Assembly: GCF_036321535.1 (NCBI RefSeq)
Contig: NC_087436.1
Location: forward strand, 35,590,001-35,654,000
Length of the DNA stretch: 64,000 nucleotides
Origin: Camelus dromedarius
Taxonomy: Eukaryota
Direction of reading: 5' to 3'
Position 1 is the first letter of the stretch; every line of letters starts with the position of its first letter. This document shows, in pieces, positions 37,301-51,542 of this stretch. The position numbers were made by a program, and so were the translations under genes. Below the pieces are notes generated by a model. That model made no database searches, was not told the DNA's origin, and saw nothing but the letters and a program-made list of their open reading frames with translations.

Positions 37301-38796
37301 AGCGTCTCCAGACTGAGTCAGTCCCCCAAAGAGATCACACCATTTACCCACTGACGTTCTCACTCAAGGGTGGTCAAGTGGAGGAGAGCATCGGGGGGTC
37401 AGATCAGAGGGAAAGCCCGCAGGCACCTCCTTCTCCCTGCCGCCAGCCAGCTCTCTGACTTACAGCTTCTGGTCCCTGACCAAATGCACCGAAAGCCATG
37501 GATGCCTGGAACACGGACTCCCATTTCTCAGGCTCCTCAAATGGCTCAGACAGCAGGAGAGTTACTCATTTTCCAACCCCGGCACCCTGTTGAGGGCCCC
37601 AACAAGAGAGGAGACTCCCCTTTGCCCATTTCTTACAGAACGTCTCGATTTGTCCTAATACCTCTCTCATCCCTGGTGCACAGCAAGCCAGAGACTCATG
37701 GAACTGCTTCCTTGGGACCCACTTCACTTTGTTTACTTAAAGATTGTTTTTGTGACTTTTAAAAAGCCATGCTTGCATCTGGGATTTGTAATTCTAAGTC
37801 AGAGAAAGACAGTTGTTATGTATTGTTTAAAATTTGTTTAATAAAAAGGAATTTCTTTGAAAACATCAGGCCAAGCTTATGATGTAAATTTACTGTCTGT
37901 AAAATTACAGTGTAGTGACAGAAACTCTAACACAGTATGTTAATTGATCAGTGTTGTAAGAAACATTCACCACAGCAATGAAAGAGTATATGGTGTTTTG
38001 TTTAAAAGATATTAACTCAAGATGAGAAATAAGATGTTTTTCTTTTGGCTAATTGTCCCTTTTATGGAGTTTTTTTTTTCCTTTTTGTCCATTTGTATTT
38101 GCTAACTTTTCCATAACAAATACAAATGTCTTACATAATTAGAAAAGAAAGAGCAAATAAAAGGTTGGTAATATGATTTCAGACTATTCAACAGGTGATC
38201 TTCAATTGAAAATTTCATCGCTCAGCACCAAGGAGCTTCTCCAGCCCTTCCGCAGGTGCAGATAAGTTGACTTCGGGTACGTTCTCACAGCTGAGCATGC
38301 CCGAGTCCTGACATGATAGACTCACCTCTTCCTGATCTATGAAACGTACTGCTGCTTAAGTCTAGTGGGTAATTAACACTGGCCTTTGTCTATGGGCCTT
38401 TAGAGAAGGAAACTGAAGCTTTAAAGGAGCACTTCCCTTAACGCCACCAAGTCCACAGTGGGCATTTCCACATGGGCTCAAGAGGAAAAGATGGCAGGAG
38501 CTGGTAAGGCCTTTCGAAGACCTCATGTTGGGTTTGCATTTTGTAAATTCTTCCTGAGACTCTTCTGAAAACTAGAGTAAATCCTGGGACTTAGAACCTA
38601 GCATCAGAGGAAAAGCCACTCGGAGAAGTCCTCCAATCGTCCATTCAGTAAAACGTGTCCTGAAGATCTATGCTGATCACCGTGGGGCCAGGAGGGCAGG
38701 GGATCCAGCCTTCATTCTCACTCCAAGGAGCCTACGTTGTAGAAGGACTCATAAAGCTTGAAATGTACCACACGAAAATGGCCCAATGACACAAAC

Positions 38797-39201
38797 TGTG
38801 ACCATGGTCAGGGCCACTCCCTGATGATTCCGGGCCTCGTGCTTCTGAGCACTTGGGGGATCACTCTTCTCTGCCCCTTTGAGGTAAGCTGGGGCATGAG
38901 ACTTGCTTTGGCTGATGAAATGTGAGGGGGAGTGATGTGCACCACTGCCAAGCAGCAGCTTCAAGAACCGGCACACAGTTCACTCCATCCTCTCCCTCCC
39001 GCCACAGTGACTGCGTTATTATTATTCCAGCTGGTGAAGGCTCTGGCAACCAGGGTCCCTGAATAGGAACATCGCAGAGCAGAGTTCCTGCCAGCCTGAG
39101 AAGGATATGGTGTGTGGGCAAGAACATTGTGGTGTTAATAACAGCGAGATTTGGGTTTGATTTATCCAGCAACATAACCTAACTCATCCTAATCAGTCAC
39201 A
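38797..39201 (+). mobile_element. MLT1 (MaLR) solo LTR
   Basis: gggcatgagacttgctttggctgatgaaatgtgag...gagatttgggtttg...gcaacataacctaactcatcctaatcagtcaca. Confidence 0.75.
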
Positions 39202-40119
39202 GTTAATGGTGACACCAATTCTATCAATTATTCTTCTTATCTCTATTTTACAACTTCAGGAACTGAGCTGCAAAGAAGAAAAGAAGCCCACCCTTGGTAG
39301 GTCAAATGGGGACAGTTCCATACCATTACCCATGTTATATTCAACGAGACTGAGTCGTATGTATGAAGTGACCTGCCAAAGGTCACACAGACAGTAAGTA
39401 AAAGGGTCATATTCAACCCTATTCTCTTCCTTATACCTGGCAGTAAGTAGCTATGGCCAAACAACTGGTTTAACAAGAGGTGACCTAAGTGGAAACGATG
39501 TCTTGACCTCAGGGCTAATAGCGGTAGCTTTAGAAAAGAACTTCGATCTTAACTGGACTCAGAAGGGTCATGTTTATTAAGCAGTGAACAGTCAGGAGCA
39601 CAGTTAGAGATGTGGGGAGACCATTTGGCAATACCGGATCCACGTCCAGGTATAGGAGAGGTGGTAGGGGATTCTTTAAAAAGTAGTTTAGAGACAGACT
39701 ATATAAATCCTTCCACGTTCTGACTTGCCTGCAGTGAACTGGCAGACACTGGATGACAACGGAAATGGTGGTTCAGTATATTAATTTAGTCATACTCCTC
39801 AACAAGGACCAGAGTCAACAGGGACCAGTTAACTATTCAAATGCTATGTTTTCAGAACCTGAATAGCGTTTTAGCTTTTGCAGTCAACAGAAGATCAATC
39901 TAATACATTTCATGAAGGAAGACTCCCAGGACCAGGTTAGCTGCTTGATAGAGGAGAGGCTGATGGTAATGAGTACATATATAATATCTGTGTCACGTAG
40001 AATGCTGCTTTATAATTGCACTCATGGGGAATTTGCTTAAATATCTAATGCTGTAGATTTGCCAAAGATTATCTTTCTCTCTAGCAGCAAAGACCTAGGA
40101 ATTCTAGAGAAACAGACTG

Positions 40120-40315
40120 TAGACATGAGTTTTCATGAAAGATTGGCTTGCCACTTACTACCTGTGTGACCTTGGGAAATTTGGCTAAACCTTTAAAAAT
40201 CTCAGTTACTTCATCTTTAAAATAGAGCTAGTAATACCACCGCAAGGGATTTAATATGCTAGGACATCTAAGGACCTTGCAAGGTGTCTGGTTCATAGCG
40301 GACAACCAATAAATC
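40120..40315 (+). mobile_element. MIR SINE
   Basis: gccacttactacctgtgtgaccttgggaaa...ctcagttacttcatctttaaaatag. Confidence 0.75.
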
Positions 40316-43300
40316 TGAGTTTCTTCCATCAGCATTTCAAACTAGATGGAGGTACATAGCCAATGCTGTTTAATATTCCCTGAGAACCCACAACATGGTT
40401 TTCTAAATCTTGAATTAGCTAAACTACTTTGCAAACGTCTACTCATTTTCTCAACATATTTTAGTATCTCTACTTTAACAATTACGAAGTTTAGACAACA
40501 CAGGAAAGTGGCTCCTTGGTGACATAGAAAGAACTGAATTAAGAAGTATGAAACGTCATCAAGCCTTTCCCTAGCTAAGAAGATCTTCCACAGCAAGTAT
40601 TAACCATCACGAGCAGAATGAGGATCTAGGAGACGAGACTAGAAGTCCTGCAGCTTCCTTCAGCTATTCATTGAGACAAACGATCTCTCACCTGTATTTA
40701 TGATAACTTGTTACTGCCACTTCCTTCCCCGGCACTGATACACCCGAAGTTGGGCAGAGAACCCTTTAGAAGGATGGTGGTCACAGCATATCAAATGTGA
40801 CTCATGTCTAATCCAACAGCCGTGTGATCATAAACAAAGCCTCTTTCCAAGGAAGTGATGCCTGGGAAAGACAGTCTTCCAATGGGAGACACACACCCAT
40901 CCCGGCAGATACTACAGCTCATGTGCTAAAGATTGAGTTCAGGTTTACATGTACTGAATATTAAGCAAATATCCATTGTAAATAGTGTTTCCTGTGCATT
41001 TTATCATTTCTTATAATAACATCAATAAATAGTTGCTATAGATGTTTTAAAAGGATTTCTAGAAATGATGCTGACAATAGCACTGGATGCTGCTTCGTTG
41101 TATCAAGTATAACTTTCTTAAGGGCTTAAGTTCTCAGTTTTTAGGGCTACAGCACACAATAGCTCCAAGAAATATTACAAGCTTAATTCATTTTTAAACT
41201 CTCAGTTGACATCAAGCAACTGATTTTGCTAATAAATATTATTTTATAACACAAATTTCCATGCCAGAAAAAATAAAATAAATAAATACCTCGAATAAAT
41301 TCCCGTGCCCGAAGTTAAAAAGGGCCACCATCAGCTGTGGTGGATGCACTCGAGAGGCTCACTGTGTGCGTCTTACATCTTAGAACTGAGCTGCGATCAC
41401 ACCTTTCCTACACAACAGCCTCTTCTTCACTAGATCCTGACACTTTCAAGAATGAAGAATCAAGTTACCGTTGCCTCCAAATACCAAAAGCTCACAGCCT
41501 AACCACTCTTGGTCACTGTGGTCCCAAGCACAGTCAGAAATATGCAGTACATTTTATCAGTGTTTCACTCAGACATTAGTCTCCTCATTACTTAAAAGAA
41601 TTCAACTGTCTTAACCTGGAATTCAAATGACAGGAAAAATAAAATAGTTTTGAAGAGCCAAGTGAGTTATCCAATCTCTTTATTTAAACACCACCACCAC
41701 CCAGGAAATTTAGTTAACCAGGGGAAGAGCATATCCTTTAAATTTTAAGATTTTTTTTTGAATAAACCAATTGCACTTTAATGAAGTTTCCCTACAGGAA
41801 CTCATTTTCACTGAGTTTATTATTTTTTAAAAAATCTGCAAAATTTCTCCTTTTTAAGAATCCAACTGTTCTTATCTTGATCAGGTTAGCTGTTTGTCAT
41901 CACAAGTATACCACACTTTGTATTAAAGGCAATTGCAATAGAACTGGCTACTGAAAAAGGGAATAGGAAAAGATTATATCCTAGGAGGGAAAAAAAGATT
42001 CTATCTGACTAATAGCATTATTATTAATAAAGCATGCAAGAAGGAAACCAGAAAATTTCTTGTTAATTAGAATTGCTCCCAAGTAAGAATTTTCCAAAGG
42101 ATGTAATAAGCCTCAGTCATGACTGGTTCTTAAATTATATATGTTTACATGCACTGTGGTATCTTTTCAAGTTTACCAATAACCCCAAAAGCTCTGGGCA
42201 CATATACAAAATAATAATTTTTTAAATACCACAATTAAATTAGGTTCTGTGGTTAAAAAAAGAAAACCTAAACCTTAAACTACCCCATAAAAAAGGAGGA
42301 AAGAAAAAATAACCCAGCTGGATAGTCGTAGAACGCCAAACCAAAACTATATACTTCTGTCTCATGCCCCAAATGTCAAGGAACTTGAGATGAAAACAAC
42401 CACAGCCACCCCTCCTGCCACCCTCTACCTTACACCGCCACATGATTGGCACACAGGCCCTACCCGGGGTGTTCCAGCAATAATCATACATAGAAGACTG
42501 GTCAACCACTTTTTCAAACATAGGAATGACCTATAGATTTGATCCCATCTTTTCTGATGAGAGAGGCAACGTCCAGCCCTGAAACCACACCTGAGCCACT
42601 TCCTCGCCTCAAACCCGCTAGCCAGCAGAACCTTTGGGAAATGGGCCAGATAGCTGTGGGAATCGGACCACTTCAGTCTTCTTCTCCTCTGGTCCAGCCG
42701 TTTACCAGCACTGTATCCAAGCAGCAAAATGCACTGGTTTGAGTTTCAGCTTTTTTTGCTTTCCCTCTCCCGCCCTCTGGCAGAGATGCTAAGGAGAAGG
42801 CCAGTCTCCAAGAGGCTGGGAGCCAGGTGATAACCCCGTCTCTTGGATAATCAAGAGATAACTGGGGCTTCTGGGGGCAACCAGGAACATCAAACACAGG
42901 ATCCTGCAAGAGCAGCTGAGCTCCAGCTCCAGCAGAACGCAAATCATTTTGTGGAGAAGATCGCACTGTCATGCAGACAGCGAAGGCCATGAGGCACCTG
43001 CATTCTAAATGCCTATAGTCCATTCAAATACCAGGTTACGATGTGATACGTCATCAAAGTACCATGGGGCTGAGGATACAGGTCAGCAGAGGGCTGGAGA
43101 AGCAGAGGGAAGAAATCTGGTAGGGGACAGCCTTCTTACATCTACTTTTCCAAAGTACATGAAGAAAACTGCTGCCTGATTTGTACTTGAATTGTATCAC
43201 AATAAATACAATAATGTAAGTAAAGCTCTAGCACAGCCTCTGGCCTGGGGAGATGGTCAGTAAATGATGTCAACTTGATTGATTCATTCATGACTGACTG

Positions 43301-43829
43301 AACACCTCCTCCCTTCTGGGCAGCCTGTTGATCACCAGGGTTACAAGACTGAAAAACCAATGTCTTGCCTTCAGGGATCTCTTGAGCTCCGGGATGATAA
43401 AGGTCTCCCAGAGCAAAACCAGAAACTGGAGAAGGACTGTAGAATATGCACCCATTCCACCAACAGAGAGCTCACCATCCCACAACCTGAATCTGCAACT
43501 ATTCCAACCAGGATTCTGGGAAATACAACATGAAGATTCAATACTCAACAGCACCAAAGAGGCACTATCAGAGCACCGTCTGACAGTGGCACGTCTGAGC
43601 CTTCAAAAACCATGCCTTTGTCAATTAACACTCCTGGTGGTTGACTACAAATATTTCCTTTCATACTTCATGAGACTCTACAAGTTCAGAACCCGGAGGA
43701 ACCTAGAGACATTGCCTCCTCATTTTAGAAATGAGGTTCAGAGAAGTAAAGCATCTTGCCCAACTTCAAGTACCATTAAGCAAGTGTAAGATAAGGAAGA
43801 GAACAAGGGAGTGAGATAGGAGTGGAAAC

Positions 43830-44005
43830 AGATGGTATTTACTGAGGGCTGACTGCTTTGCCAGACATCTTTACACTATACACATCAAATACTCACAACC
43901 AAATACCACAAAGTAGGCATTATGATCTCTATTTTACAGATGAGGAAACTGAGGCTCAGACAGGTTAAGAAACTTGCCCAGAGCCACACAGCTAATCAGT
44001 AGGAA
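43830..44005 (-). mobile_element. MIR SINE
   Basis: attttacagatgaggaaactgaggctcagacaggttaagaaacttgcccagagccacacagcta, near the consensus core. Confidence 0.85.
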
Positions 44006-44289
44006 AGCATGTTCACTCAAAACCTCGTGGGGCCATCACACCCCCCTTTATCAAGGCTGCTCTTTTTCCAACTGCCTCTTTGAAGTAGAAATCAGCTCAC
44101 CATCCTTGGTAAACTCCCAGTTGCAGCTGACTCTGAATCTTGAGGACTGGTATCATGTAAAAACAAAAATAAAAAATAAAAAAATAAAGGAAAAACCATT
44201 CACTAAAGTTTAGAGATCCTTCCTAATCTGGGAAAGCTGACATTGCTCAGATAACTGTCTCCCCGATAGGCTATTCTTCACAAGGTCTT

Positions 44290-44620
44290 CTATAGAGGTC
44301 TAATTTTCATCTTCACAGTCAACCGCAGTATTCACCATGTGCAAGGATTTCACTTCTAAACCACAAAATAATCAATCTCTATCATATTATTGTTCTTCAG
44401 CTGCCAGGAATCTCTTCAGAGGCCTCATTAGAAATGTGGGTGATCCTTCAAAATGCAGACTGGCTCCTTTTTCAGACTGTTTTGTAGCATCATCACTGGC
44501 ACCATCTTCCACCAATACCTCCAGGAGGACTCCAGTCAATACCTTACTGAAAGTCTTCGCTACACACGTGGGATTAGCTACAGATAAGAGGCTGTGATAC
44601 ATTTGAGGTCACTACAAATG
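44290..44620 (-). mobile_element. possible ancient RTE-type LINE endonuclease fossil
   Basis: With frameshifts the minus strand reads DFSKV...QSEKGASL.F..IT.TFLMRPLKRF.WQLKNNNMIEIDYFVV, matching the order of GDFNAKVG, NERG.RL, NTFF, WTW, NEIDYIL. Confidence 0.3.
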
Positions 44621-46449
44621 CAGAAAGGAAATAGCTGCAGATTCCAGTCCCTCAGGACAAAGTCTGTTTATAGGAAGTATTGATTAAAAGACACTAAAAC
44701 AACTAGTGTATCACAGAGTACTTTCCTTTCAGTGATTACAGTCACCAATGACATTGGTGGTTAAAATACATCTTAAAATACGTACCACGTAGAGATTTGA
44801 AAATACTTTAACCAGAGCAGGAAATGCTGAACTGTTCTGAGGGGCGTTAAACAGAAAAACATCAGTAAAAGGGTAGCACAGAGAGATTTCTTAATTGACA
44901 TAAATGAGACTGCATCTCAAAATCTTTTTTTTTAATTTACCAAATTGTAGGTAGAATGGAGAAATTAGGACTTAATTACCCAGATTCTTAAACAGTAAGT
45001 CCTACAGTCACCAGTTAATTGTTTACGCCTCCACTTCCTTTTGTCTGTGTGTTGTTGGGTTGGGAGGGAGACGGAAGAAAGAAAGGGAACACATAGAAAA
45101 CAGATGTGGAAATAAATATTTATCAACATAAAATCTTGGCAAACCTTGATCTTTATAATGCCCTTACACTATATTTTCCAAGTTCCCCAAGATTCCCGCA
45201 TCCCCAAAGAATTCATAGCTCACAAGGAAGATAAAAACCTTTTTATAGGTTTTCCACAGTATGAGGGAAGCTTCTTTGGAGAGTTCTGATGCCTCTCCCT
45301 TAATCTAATATTAATAAATGTTTGTGACCTAAGGAATTCCTGCCAGAGAATGGGAGGAATAAAGGGTTCATTTAGCTGGTTTGTCCTGTCGTTGGACTTC
45401 CAGGCAGAATAAACAGCACCTTGTGACAAAGGCGGACCACATGCTGGCGGGGCTCCAGGCAGACACTGGGGGATGCAGTCTGTTTATCAGACAGCACATT
45501 GTCTTAACCAGGATGTGGTCCGCCCTTGTAACAAGGAGTATGCAAATGAGGTTCCCAGAGCCCCGACACCCTGCCCCCACTGCACTTGTTCCTTCAGGAG
45601 ACACAAGCCAATGGTGGCCATCCCAAGAACAGAACAGAGAGCCACAGAGAGCCGAGGGGAAGAGGAAGCGGCCAGAATTAACCAGATTAGCCCAACAGAA
45701 CTTTTCAAGAAATCTGCCACAAACAAGACAAGTCCAAACCACCCTGCTTCCAAAAAACAAAAACAAACAAACAAACAAAAAACAACTTTAAATACGATTG
45801 CATGTTTTTTAACGTTCAAAAACAAAAGGAATTCTGAATCTTGCTTGTTTAGTCCCGTTGCAGGGGAACTTTAAAATGCGTCATTTTCTCGCAGGAAAAT
45901 TGTTATCACCAGACTCAGCTGCCAAGAGCATCTCTCTCACCTCCAGCTGCCTCATGTATATAAATGGTGCTGATAAGAGTACCTGTGATACTTGGTTGCT
46001 GGGAGGATTAAATGAGGTAATTAATGGAAAATGATGTTTTAGCACAATGCCAGCACCCAGTCTGGGCTCAGAAAATGTTAGCAGTTTGTATATTAAGCAC
46101 ATTGTTGAGCTGTGGTCCACAAAAGCACAAAGAATGAGAGAAAAGTACCAGAAGAGAAGAAGGGGGTGGTGAAGGCAATTACAGAGAGGGAAACAGTACT
46201 CCACCTTCTGCTTTAAAGAGTTCAATGAATTACTACTTGGGATAGACTTTGGAGTCAGACAGGCATGGTTTTACATAACCTTGGGAGAATTCCCTAGTCC
46301 TATCTGAGTCTTTGTTTCTTTACCTGTTATCTGAGCACAAGACTTCCTCCACAGAGCTAAACACACGGAAGTGCCTAGCACAACACCAGGCAAACAGCAG
46401 CCACTCCATGGTGATTCTTATTTGCTTGTTTTATTGACACAACCCTATG

Positions 46450-46610
46450 TTTGAGTTCAGATTCACACTGTGTAGCTGTGTGATATTAGGGAAATGGCTT
46501 AACCTCTCTGGGCCTCATACCTACCTCACCAGGTTTGCGGCGAGGATTAAATAGACTGCAAGGCCCTTAGACCAGCTCCCGGCACTGAGTGAGGGCTGGC
46601 CATTGTTGGC
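46450..46610 (+). mobile_element. MIR SINE
   Basis: tagctgtgtgatattagggaaatggcttaacctctctgggcctca...gaggattaaa. Confidence 0.7.
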
Positions 46611-47319
46611 GGTAATCGTGGTTTAATTTATTACTTGATGCCTACAGTTCATCTCATTTTATTGCCAAATGCAGTGAGGCATGGGATGGCTACTTGGCAT
46701 ACCTGTGATCAAACTGTCATTTCTGGCCATTAGAATTGTACAGGGCATCTTGGCAAACTTTCACGTAATCCTAAACACTGACATTAATTATGCCTCATTA
46801 TTTCAAAATGATTTCTTCAAAGCAGACAGATAATGGTTTTCTCCTAATGGATGGGTTCACCTTCTTCCAGCCCCCTAAAATCACCTTTCATCTTTAAAAA
46901 CATCTCTCTCTCAGCCGGGGTAAAGGACTAGGAAACCAATATGAAAATCATTTCAGAAAAAGAGTCCAGTCTTACAGATTTCTGCTTCTCAGTATGTTTT
47001 ATATTAGAAAATGTTTCATCTTGCTACCTCCATGTTGCTACAGCAACGATGCCAGATACTTGCATAAACAAATGTAGATGGCGAACAAGTAGGCAATGAA
47101 GGTATTTCAGACTTCTCTGATGTATTTTCACAAAAAAGTTTTTAACATAAATATGATGCCCCAGTCATACGCTTTCTAACTCCCCTTTGATGCGTGGAAT
47201 ATAAAACTTAGGCTTTGTTGTGATTTTTCTTTCACTTGCCTCTCTTTCCAACTATTGAGTTTTCAAGAGAACTGTCTCTTCTTGATTCGGATCTTTAACT
47301 CCTATGACTAGTACATAGC

Positions 47320-47486
47320 AGGGTAGTGTCTTTGCCTAGATTCAAATCCTGGCTTTCTCATTTAATAGCCATGTGACCTTGGATAAGTCACTGAAATTCT
47401 CTGCCTTTCCTCCAACTGTAAAATGAGGATAACAATAGTACCACCCTCACGACATTGTAATGATGATTAAAGACCTAATCCGTGGA
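47320..47486 (+). mobile_element. MIR SINE (split by L1; resumes at about 47951-48000)
   Basis: ttcaaatcctggct...tgtgaccttggataagtcact...ctgtaaaatgaggataacaatagtacc. Confidence 0.8.
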
Positions 47487-47932
47487 GTATGGACACAGAG
47501 AGCTGCATTCTAAGTGAAGTAAGCCAGAAAGAGAAAGAAAAATACCATGATATCGTTCACATGTGGAATCTTAAAAAAAAAACAAAACAAAAAAAGAAGA
47601 CACTAATGAACTTATCAACAAAACAGAAACAGACTCGCAGACATAGTAAACAAACTTATGGTTACAGAGGAGGGGGGAATGGTGGTAGGAAGGGATAAAT
47701 TGGGAGTTTAAGATTTGCAAATATTAACTACTATATATAAAATAGGTAAACAACAAATTTCTTCTGTAGAGCACGGAGAACTATATTCGATATATCTTGT
47801 AGTAACCTATAATGAAAAAGAATATGAAAAAGAATACATGTATGTATATGTATGACCGAAACATTATGCTGTACAACAGAAATTGACACACTGTAACAGA
47901 CCATACTACAATTTAAAAAATTAAAATTAAAA
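47487..47932 (+). mobile_element. 5'-truncated L1 (ORF2 end and 3' UTR) with 18-bp TSD
   Basis: ctaagtgaagtaagccagaaagagaaagaaaaatacc...A-rich tail; TSD AAAGACCTAATCC(G/A)TGGA at 47469-47486 and 47933-47950; TT|AAAG endonuclease site. Confidence 0.95.
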
Positions 47933-48029
47933 AAAGACCTAATCCATGGAAAGGGCTCAGAACAGGACTAGACTGAAGAATCATAGTAGACGCTGTATTA
48001 TTTTGTTATTATTTTTGATGACAACTGAC

Positions 48030-48705
48030 AGGCATGTTCCTACTCTCATGCAGCTTACATCTCACTGCTTGAGACCGATAAAGAAATATATCCATTAAGA
48101 GTAATCAAGGAGTAAATATGCTGTGAAGAATGCAAAAAGGGGAGAGTGGTAAAATGCTGTTGGAAGACTACTTGGACTGGACGGTCAGAGGACACTCAAA
48201 GGATGTGACAATTGACAGCAAGACCAGGAAGGAGCCAGACTTAAGAAGTCACTGAGGAAGAGACACGGAAAACTACCCCTAGAGCCTCAGGCAGGAAGGA
48301 GCTTGTCTAGTTCCAGAGCAGAAGAATGTCAGTGGATTTGGCTGGCAGGCAGTCAGCAAGGAAGAAAGAGTAGGACATGATGCTACAGAGGTGGGCACTG
48401 GCTAGAGAAGAGGGCCCATGTAGAATCCGGAAGAGAATCTGAATTTCATTTCAAGGCTGAAGAGATGTCTTTGTTGAGTCTTGCAGACTCACATGATCTC
48501 ATTCACATTTTTTAATAATCACTCTGGCTGCTATGTAGATTAGAATCAGGAAGATAAATTTGGAGGCTCTTGCTCCAGACCCAAACAAAACAAACAAAAA
48601 AGGAAGGTAGCTTATATTAGGATGGTAGTGGTGGAGACAGAACAGAGATGGAGTTAGGATAGGTTCTGAAGATAAAATCAACAGGATGTGCTGATGGTTC
48701 AACAA
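48030..48705 (-). mobile_element. L2 LINE fragment
   Basis: ctcatgcagcttacatct...acatgatctcattcacattttttaataatcactctggctgctatgtaga...caacaggatgtgctgatgg. Confidence 0.75.
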
Positions 48706-49196
48706 TATAGGTCACTGAGGTAAATATACCTATTAAAGGAAAAAGATGTTCAGATTACACTGTACTTTTTTTTAACTGTGCCTTGGATTTATCTCTGGCT
48801 TAAAACACAAAGCAACTCAGAGAAGTCAAAAATTCTAAAATGAACATAAAAAGGGATAAGGCTACAAAAGCATTCTAGTAAGTACAAAAGATGTTGCAAA
48901 CATCAAGGCGAGAGCCTCTTCCCCTGCCATGACCTACAGAAGGCTGCAGGCCTCTAGGAAACCCTTCCTCACTGCTTAGTGCCAGGTCAACATGACATGG
49001 GAAAACTGGCAAGATGGATCGATTTGGTGGGAGGTTGGGGAACTGGGCCCACAAACCTGGGATGGTGGTAGCTCCTTGAAGTCTGGGTATAGCTTGCAAA
49101 GACTCAGAAGTTCCTGTGTGACCTAGGAGGGGGCTAAGAAGAGACAGACAGGCTGATGGAACAACAGAGATGCAGCATTAGGAAAAGTAGAGGCCA

Positions 49197-49277
49197 ATAG
49201 TGCACTGGTAGAGCATTGGCTTTGCATCCATGGGGTCCTGGGTTCAATCCCCAGTACCTCCATTAAATTAAAAAAAA
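49197..49277 (+). mobile_element. 5'-truncated tRNA-Ala-derived SINE (vic-1-like) with TSD
   Basis: tggtagagca...gggtcctgggttcaatccccagtacctcca plus poly-A; TSD AAAA(G/A)TAGAGGCCA at 49183-49196 and 49278-49291. Confidence 0.85.
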
Positions 49278-49659
49278 AAAAATAGAGGCCACAAAATGTG
49301 AATATTTCTCAACACAATGCCAGCACACCTAAACGGGACTTTGCAACACAGACTAATAAAGAGCCAGAGAATGGTGACAGATCCTGCCACCTTATGTAAA
49401 ATAGCCTCTTACACCAAAATGCCACCTCACGGAGATGCAGGGAGAGGAGAGAGGCATCCAAAAAAACCTGAGCATTTACCCAAAAGAGCATGAGTAACCC
49501 AAGAAGGCTGGGATACCATTAATTAGCAAAGTCCCTGCTGTCTTCTTTTACTAGTAGGGTAAATGGCTTATGAGGAAAATTAGCTCAGATGTAAAAAACA
49601 AAGGAGCTATAGTTTTCTTTGTTCATCTGATTCATAATTATTACATTTGTAATACAACC

Positions 49660-50660
49660 ATAAATATTGGTCAGAGTATTAATATTAGGTAAGATTAAAT
49701 TCAAGCAAGCACATTAAGTAAAACAAAGAGGAAACTTTACAACAAAGAATAAAATCTACAATGAGATTATAACAGTTGCGATGCACAAAATAATTACATT
49801 AAATTCATAATACGTAAACCACAAGAAATGCAAAGAAGAAGAGACTAAAATATAAGATTAGGGAACTTTAAATCACAATCTGAGTCCACAGAAGATCAAT
49901 TAGACAAAAATAATCAAGAATGTTGGATGTCAATTACATAATTGATGAACATGAACATAATAGATATGTAGAACTTGCTATCCTAATTTTTTTTTTAAAG
50001 TACACCTGCCTTACAAAAATTTATGGGACATTTATAAAATTCTGACTGTAAATCAAACCAAAAAGAAAACTAGAAATAGCACAGAACACATTAGCTGACT
50101 GTGTCCTCCAGCGATATTAAACCATAAATAAAGAGGAGGAAGAGGAGAAAAAGAAGAGGAGGACAGGAAACAGAAAACTAATCTCACAAAAAGCAAGAAC
50201 TTGACTTTGAATCAACACCTGGGTCAAAGAAAATAGCAAAACTAAAATTTCAAAATATCTACAGAATAATAATGAGATACATCACATATTAAAAAATATC
50301 TAACAACCCAAAACCCTTATAGCTTAATTCACAAACGCAAACACATTGTTAAATACGAAAGAATAAAAATAAATTAAACATTCATGTCAACACATTAGAA
50401 AAAGAACCAAAAAAATAAAATTAAGGAAGTGTAAAAAGGAAGGAAAAAATGAATCAGAAAAGTTAAATTGGCCAATATTACAATACCAAAAAATAAGAGT
50501 ATTTGTGATAAATAAATCCAAGAACTGATTCCTTGAAATAACTAAGAAAATAACAAACTATTAGCTGGCCCAACCCAGATAAAAAGACAGTTAACAAAAT
50601 TAGAAAGAAGAAGAAATAGCCACAAATATGGAGAAACTTAAAGCAATCCTAAGAGACACT
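49660..50660 (+). mobile_element. old L1 ORF2 (endonuclease/Z region) fossil
   Basis: A-rich; ttagggaactttaa...gatcaattagacaaaaataatcaagaat (GDFN...RQKINK equivalent); tgggtcaaagaa; ttagaaaaagaac. Confidence 0.7.
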
Positions 50661-51542
50661 CAGATGAATGAATATGTTTTTATTCATACTTTTTGGAGTT
50701 GGTCTAGAACACTTCTTTCATATTGCATTTCTTTTTGGTGTTCATATTAACAATGTCGAAACATGTCATAGCAAAGCAAAAGAATTTTTACATTCTTAAA
50801 TCAAGACAACCTTCGAGATTGTTTAAATAAAATTTCTGTGGATTTTTGGTTTTCACTATTGTCAATGGCATTCTTTTTTTTTTTCCCAGAGCATCTCTTA
50901 CTGACTGGGCTGATTACTTCATGGTAGAAACAATCATTGGGCTACATTTCTGAAGTGATCTTATCCTAAGTATGGAACTCTCTGATAGGGGCTAAATCTT
51001 AGCATCAGCAGGAAATGAAATGCTAAGTAAATTCTCAGCCTCCAACCATCCCCAAAACAATCGGTCAAATAAATTCCACCAATTTTCTCTAATTAAAGCT
51101 AAAAAGTGTTGTGTGTGCTTTAAATGTCAGTCAATTTTGAGGTAATTATACCTGAAGGCAGGAATCTATCAGGGTCTCTTTTTTTAGAATTAAATTCAGA
51201 TGGGAAGTAAAGGACTCAAGGGATGTTTGCAGAAAATGAGTTCCATTCCTGTCTTCCTCGGCTGTTTATTGACAGTACAAGAATGGGTGCATTTTTGGAA
51301 AGATAAATAAGGACTTTTTTCTTATCTCCATTCCACTTTCTTCAGTTGGATCAATTTCATTGTGAATTTATAAGAAACTGAGATTTCATTTGAGGGGAAA
51401 AATGCAACCTAAAATATAGGAATAAACACTTATATTTGTAGAATGCTTTACAGCTCTCAAAATATTTTCAGAGACACCGTCTCATTCCATTCTCAAAATA
51501 GTTCTTAAGGAAACATCTTTATTTCAGATTAAAAAATTAGAC

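Noticed and set aside
43328..43789. 153-aa plus ORF
   Set aside because: Non-ATG start, runs into a MIR-like segment, no recognisable protein.
45368..45874. Four overlapping 110-136 aa ORFs on both strands
   Set aside because: Extended by a (AAAC)n tract and a stop-poor stretch; no protein similarity recognised.
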